The notes beneath the pieces are model-generated. The model ran no database searches. It was not told the DNA's origin and saw nothing but the letters and a program-made list of their open reading frames with translations. Of a stretch of 57,201 bases of DNA, positions 55,049 through 57,201 are shown in pieces (position 1 is the stretch's first letter; every line of letters begins with the position of its first letter). A program made the position numbers and the translations under genes. This DNA comes from Christensenellaceae bacterium (GTDB lineage Bacteria; Bacillota; Clostridia; Christensenellales; Christensenellaceae): assembly GCA_050945895.1 (NCBI GenBank), contig JBMNTU010000001.1:1-57201 (forward strand), written 5' to 3'.

Positions 55049-55486
55049 CTATTTTCCAATTTCAAGCGCTTTCATGGCCATGCTCTTCACAGAATTCAAC
55101 ACTGTAATATTGGCTTCATACGACCGTGTAGAGCTCATCATGTCCACCATCTCGCGCGACAGCTCCACATTGGGCATTTGCACATACCCAAATTCATCCG
55201 CATCCGGATGGCTTGGGTTATAGTCCAGCGTAAACGGCGACTGGTCTTCCAAAATTTCCGTAACCCGTACACCTGTTCCGGCCGTGCCCGCAATCGAATG
55301 GTTGAGGCTGTCCGTAAAGGACATGTGCTCTTTTGCCTGAAAAATCACGTAACGCCTTCTGTAGGGCTCACCCTCGGCAGTGCGCGTTGTTTGTATGTTT
55401 GCTACGTTTTCCGCCACAACATCCATCCGAAGCCGCTGCGCCGTAAGCGCAGACGAAGTAATATCCATCGAACTTAAAAATGCCAT
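55049..55486 (-). CDS. flgC: Flagellar proximal rod protein FlgC
   Basis: The N-terminus is MDITSSALTAQRLRMDVVAENVANIQTT and the C-terminus is PNVELSREMVDMMSSTRSYEANITVL. Confidence 0.95.
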   Translation of the reverse strand: MAFLSSMDITSSALTAQRLRMDVVAENVANIQTTRTAEGEPYRRRYVIFQAKEHMSFTDSLNHSIAGTAGTGVRVTEILEDQSPFTLDYNPSHPDADEFGYVQMPNVELSREMVDMMSSTRSYEANITVLNSVKSMAMKALEIGK

Positions 55487-55506
55487 TTTATCCCCCTTTT
55501 ATTCCG

Positions 55507-55905
55507 CTACTGACCTCTTATGGCCATGCGAAGCTGAGAAAATTGCCCATTCACTTTTTGAGTCAGCGTGTTATAGTAAATGACGTTTTTCGCAAAATCG
55601 GTTGTTTCCTTATCAATGTCCACATTGTTTCCGTCCATGCGCTCCGTCGTCTGCGATGTTGTAACCATCCCGTCCACGCTATCAAACTCAGACCCAATAA
55701 CCATATGTGTCCGGCGGGTGCGTTTTAAGCCAAAGTCATCCGCACCATTTCGGATTGCATCCTCAAAAAATCGTTCGAACTGAATCTCGGACGCTTTAAA
55801 ATCTGGCGTATCAACATTTGCGATATTATTTTGGATGATCTTGTTCCGTTTCCAGGATGCATTGACGCCGCGCGCCAGAAGGTCTACCCCACTAAAAATA
55901 TTCAT
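55507..55905 (-). CDS. flgB: Flagellar proximal rod protein FlgB
   Basis: The motifs IIQNNIANVDTPDFK and DGNNVDIDKETTDFAKNVIYYNTL are present. Confidence 0.95.
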   Translation of the reverse strand: MNIFSGVDLLARGVNASWKRNKIIQNNIANVDTPDFKASEIQFERFFEDAIRNGADDFGLKRTRRTHMVIGSEFDSVDGMVTTSQTTERMDGNNVDIDKETTDFAKNVIYYNTLTQKVNGQFSQLRMAIRGQ

Positions 55906-56014
55906 GCTGCTGCTCCTTCGCTCACCAGAGAGCCTCTCGTCCTCAGCCTCCCTGCCTCGCTACTGTCCATTCCCATAAAAAACCAGCATCCCTGCGTATA
56001 CGGTCAAAATATAC

Positions 56015-56041
56015 TAAATATGTTACTGTACCAGCCGATAT
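56015..56041 (+). promoter_or_regulatory. Consensus sigma-28 promoter on the plus strand, pointing antisense into cheV
   Basis: The plus strand reads TAAA-tatgttactgtacca-GCCGATAT. This is the same exact TAAA-N15-GCCGATAT format as the fliD and flgF promoters. No plus-strand gene follows within the window. Confidence 0.6.
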
Positions 56042-56048
56042 TTGTCAA
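56020..56048 (-). promoter_or_regulatory. Putative sigma-A promoter of the flgB early operon
   Basis: The minus strand reads TTGACA-aatatcggctggtacag-TAACAT (17-nt spacer), about 110 nt upstream of the flgB ATG. It overlaps the plus-strand sigma-28 motif. Confidence 0.5.
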
Positions 56049-56073
56049 CTGAACAATTTGTAACAAAAACGTC

Positions 56074-57024
56074 CTACTGCGCTTCCGCCTGAAGCTCTCC
56101 ATGATGCTTTCCAAAAAGCTGGTGCACAATGGAAACCAACTTGGCAATCTCCGGCTTAGAAAGCTGTGCGTCTGCGCCGCAGTTGTTTCCCCTCAAAATC
56201 ATTTCGTCCGACAATATAGACGAGAATATAATGACCGGCAGGTGCTTTAAGTTGCGCTCCTCACGGATCAACTTAATCAGCCTGTAGCCGTCCATCTGCG
56301 GCATTTCAATATCTGTAATAACAAGCCGCACGTCATTATCAATCGCCACTTCGTCATCCTTGATGCTCTCCAGAAAATTCCACGCTTCCTGGCCGTTGTC
56401 AAACGTCCGTATGTTGTCAAACCCAGCCCGGTGCAGCGATTCCAACAGCATTCCCGTCAAAAAGCGGGAATCCTCCGCAATCAAGATCGGGTAATTTTTG
56501 TACTTGTCACCGGCGTATTCCTCTACCTCATCAAGCTGTATGCCTGTTTCCGGCGCAATTTCCGTAACAATCTTCTCAAAATCAAGTATGGTAATCAACC
56601 GGTTCTCAAACGAAGCCAATCCCGTAATGATTCCCTCCATACCACCGCTAACCGTCTTGTCAGGTTTTTCAATGTCCGCCCATGTAATCTTACGGATCCC
56701 CTCCACCGTGTGCACACGAAACGCCAGCTGCATCTGGTTGAAGTGTGTAACAATCAACAGATCCTTTTCCGCGTCGTGCTCGGGCGGTTCTGCAAGCCCC
56801 AGGTACTGCGGCAGGTTAATAACGGTAAGCACGGTGTCCCTCGGCTTAAAAACGCCCTCCACCGCAGGATGGGAATGCGGCATCGGTTTGATTTTCGTGA
56901 CCATCATAATCTCCAATATCTTGGCCACGTTAATACCAAACACGTCTCCGGAAATCGTAAATTCCACAATTTCCATTTCATTTGTGCCCGGCTCAATAAT
57001 TTCTTGCTTTTTAATCTCTTCCAT
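56074..57024 (-). CDS. cheV: Chemotaxis protein CheV (CheW-like domain fused to a receiver domain)
   Basis: The N-terminal CheW domain (IVEFTISGDVFGINVAKILEIM .. FKPRDTVLTVINL) is followed by a C-terminal REC domain (ILIAEDSRFLTGML .. LVITDIEMPQMDG .. KP). The start is set at ATG 57024 behind GGGGGA; a GTG start at 57045 is also possible. Confidence 0.9.
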   Translation of the reverse strand: MEEIKKQEIIEPGTNEMEIVEFTISGDVFGINVAKILEIMMVTKIKPMPHSHPAVEGVFKPRDTVLTVINLPQYLGLAEPPEHDAEKDLLIVTHFNQMQLAFRVHTVEGIRKITWADIEKPDKTVSGGMEGIITGLASFENRLITILDFEKIVTEIAPETGIQLDEVEEYAGDKYKNYPILIAEDSRFLTGMLLESLHRAGFDNIRTFDNGQEAWNFLESIKDDEVAIDNDVRLVITDIEMPQMDGYRLIKLIREERNLKHLPVIIFSSILSDEMILRGNNCGADAQLSKPEIAKLVSIVHQLFGKHHGELQAEAQ

Positions 57025-57063
57025 GATCAGTCCCCCGCCACTCACAGATTTTCATTTACAGTA

Positions 57064-57091
57064 ATTATAGCATAAATCCATACAATGTAAC
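57064..57091 (-). promoter_or_regulatory. Putative sigma-A promoter of cheV
   Basis: The minus strand reads GTTACA-N16-TGcTATAAT (extended -10), about 40 nt upstream of the cheV start. Confidence 0.45.
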
Positions 57092-57201
57092 AGCAAAAGT
57101 TTATGTTTGTTAGTGTCAAGTAAACGTTGGCAAGCAAGAGCCTTTTACAAAAGATATAATGACATTTGTTTTTCGTATCTATGACAACATCATATCACTG
57201 A

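Noticed and set aside
55906-56014. A possible c-di-GMP riboswitch or invertible flagellar switch in the flgB leader, as occurs in some Clostridia.
   Set aside because: The purine-rich leader of about 110 nt lacks the conserved GEMM-I/II cores, and no flanking inverted repeats were seen. Only a generic CAGGGAG/CTCTCTG stem with GGA motifs is present.

Overview
Nearly the whole window (about 7.6-57.0 kb) is one minus-strand flagellar/chemotaxis super-locus of the Firmicutes/Clostridia type. The diagnostic genes are flbD, fliY, cheC/cheD/cheV, yvyF-flgM-flgN, fliW-csrA and a DUF342/FapA gene. Read 5'->3' on the minus strand, the order is: cheV | flgB-flgC-fliE-fliO(frameshifted)-fliP-fliQ-fliR-flhB-flhA-flhF-flhG-pilZ-fliA-fapA-two unknowns | flgF-flgG-yvyF-flgM-flgN-flgK-flgL-yviE-fliW-csrA | cheC-cheD-cheY-cheA-cheW | fliF-fliG-fliH-fliI-fliJ-ylxF-fliK-flgD-flgE-flbD-motA-motB-fliL-fliM-fliY | REC-less cheB | (plus strand: orphan FlhB C-terminal paralogue) | second FliK-like gene - unknown gene | fliD-fliS-fliT-like-DUF327 | cheR-SLT transglycosylase. 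The left 7.5 kb carries a TPP-riboswitch-controlled YkoEDC-type ECF transporter with a THI5-like protein, an Amidase_3 gene, and a plus-strand CheW protein with a CZB zinc-binding domain inserted inside the CheW fold. There is no flagellin gene, MCP gene, rRNA/tRNA, CRISPR array or mobile element. Three exact TAAA-N15-GCCGATAT sigma-28 promoters are visible. Two sit where expected, in front of fliD and flgF. The third is on the opposite strand: it overlaps the putative flgB sigma-A promoter and points antisense into cheV. Other points worth a second look:
- fliO is split at an A7 tract.
- A second FliK-like gene lies divergent to a stand-alone FlhB-CC paralogue, and the real FlhB has NPTE instead of NPTH.
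- An unknown late-operon protein has a papain-like amidase-like domain that lacks the nucleophile Cys.
- A 0.5-kb non-coding gap follows csrA, where Firmicute synteny predicts flagellin.

All calls come from reading the supplied translations and the DNA. No database search was run.
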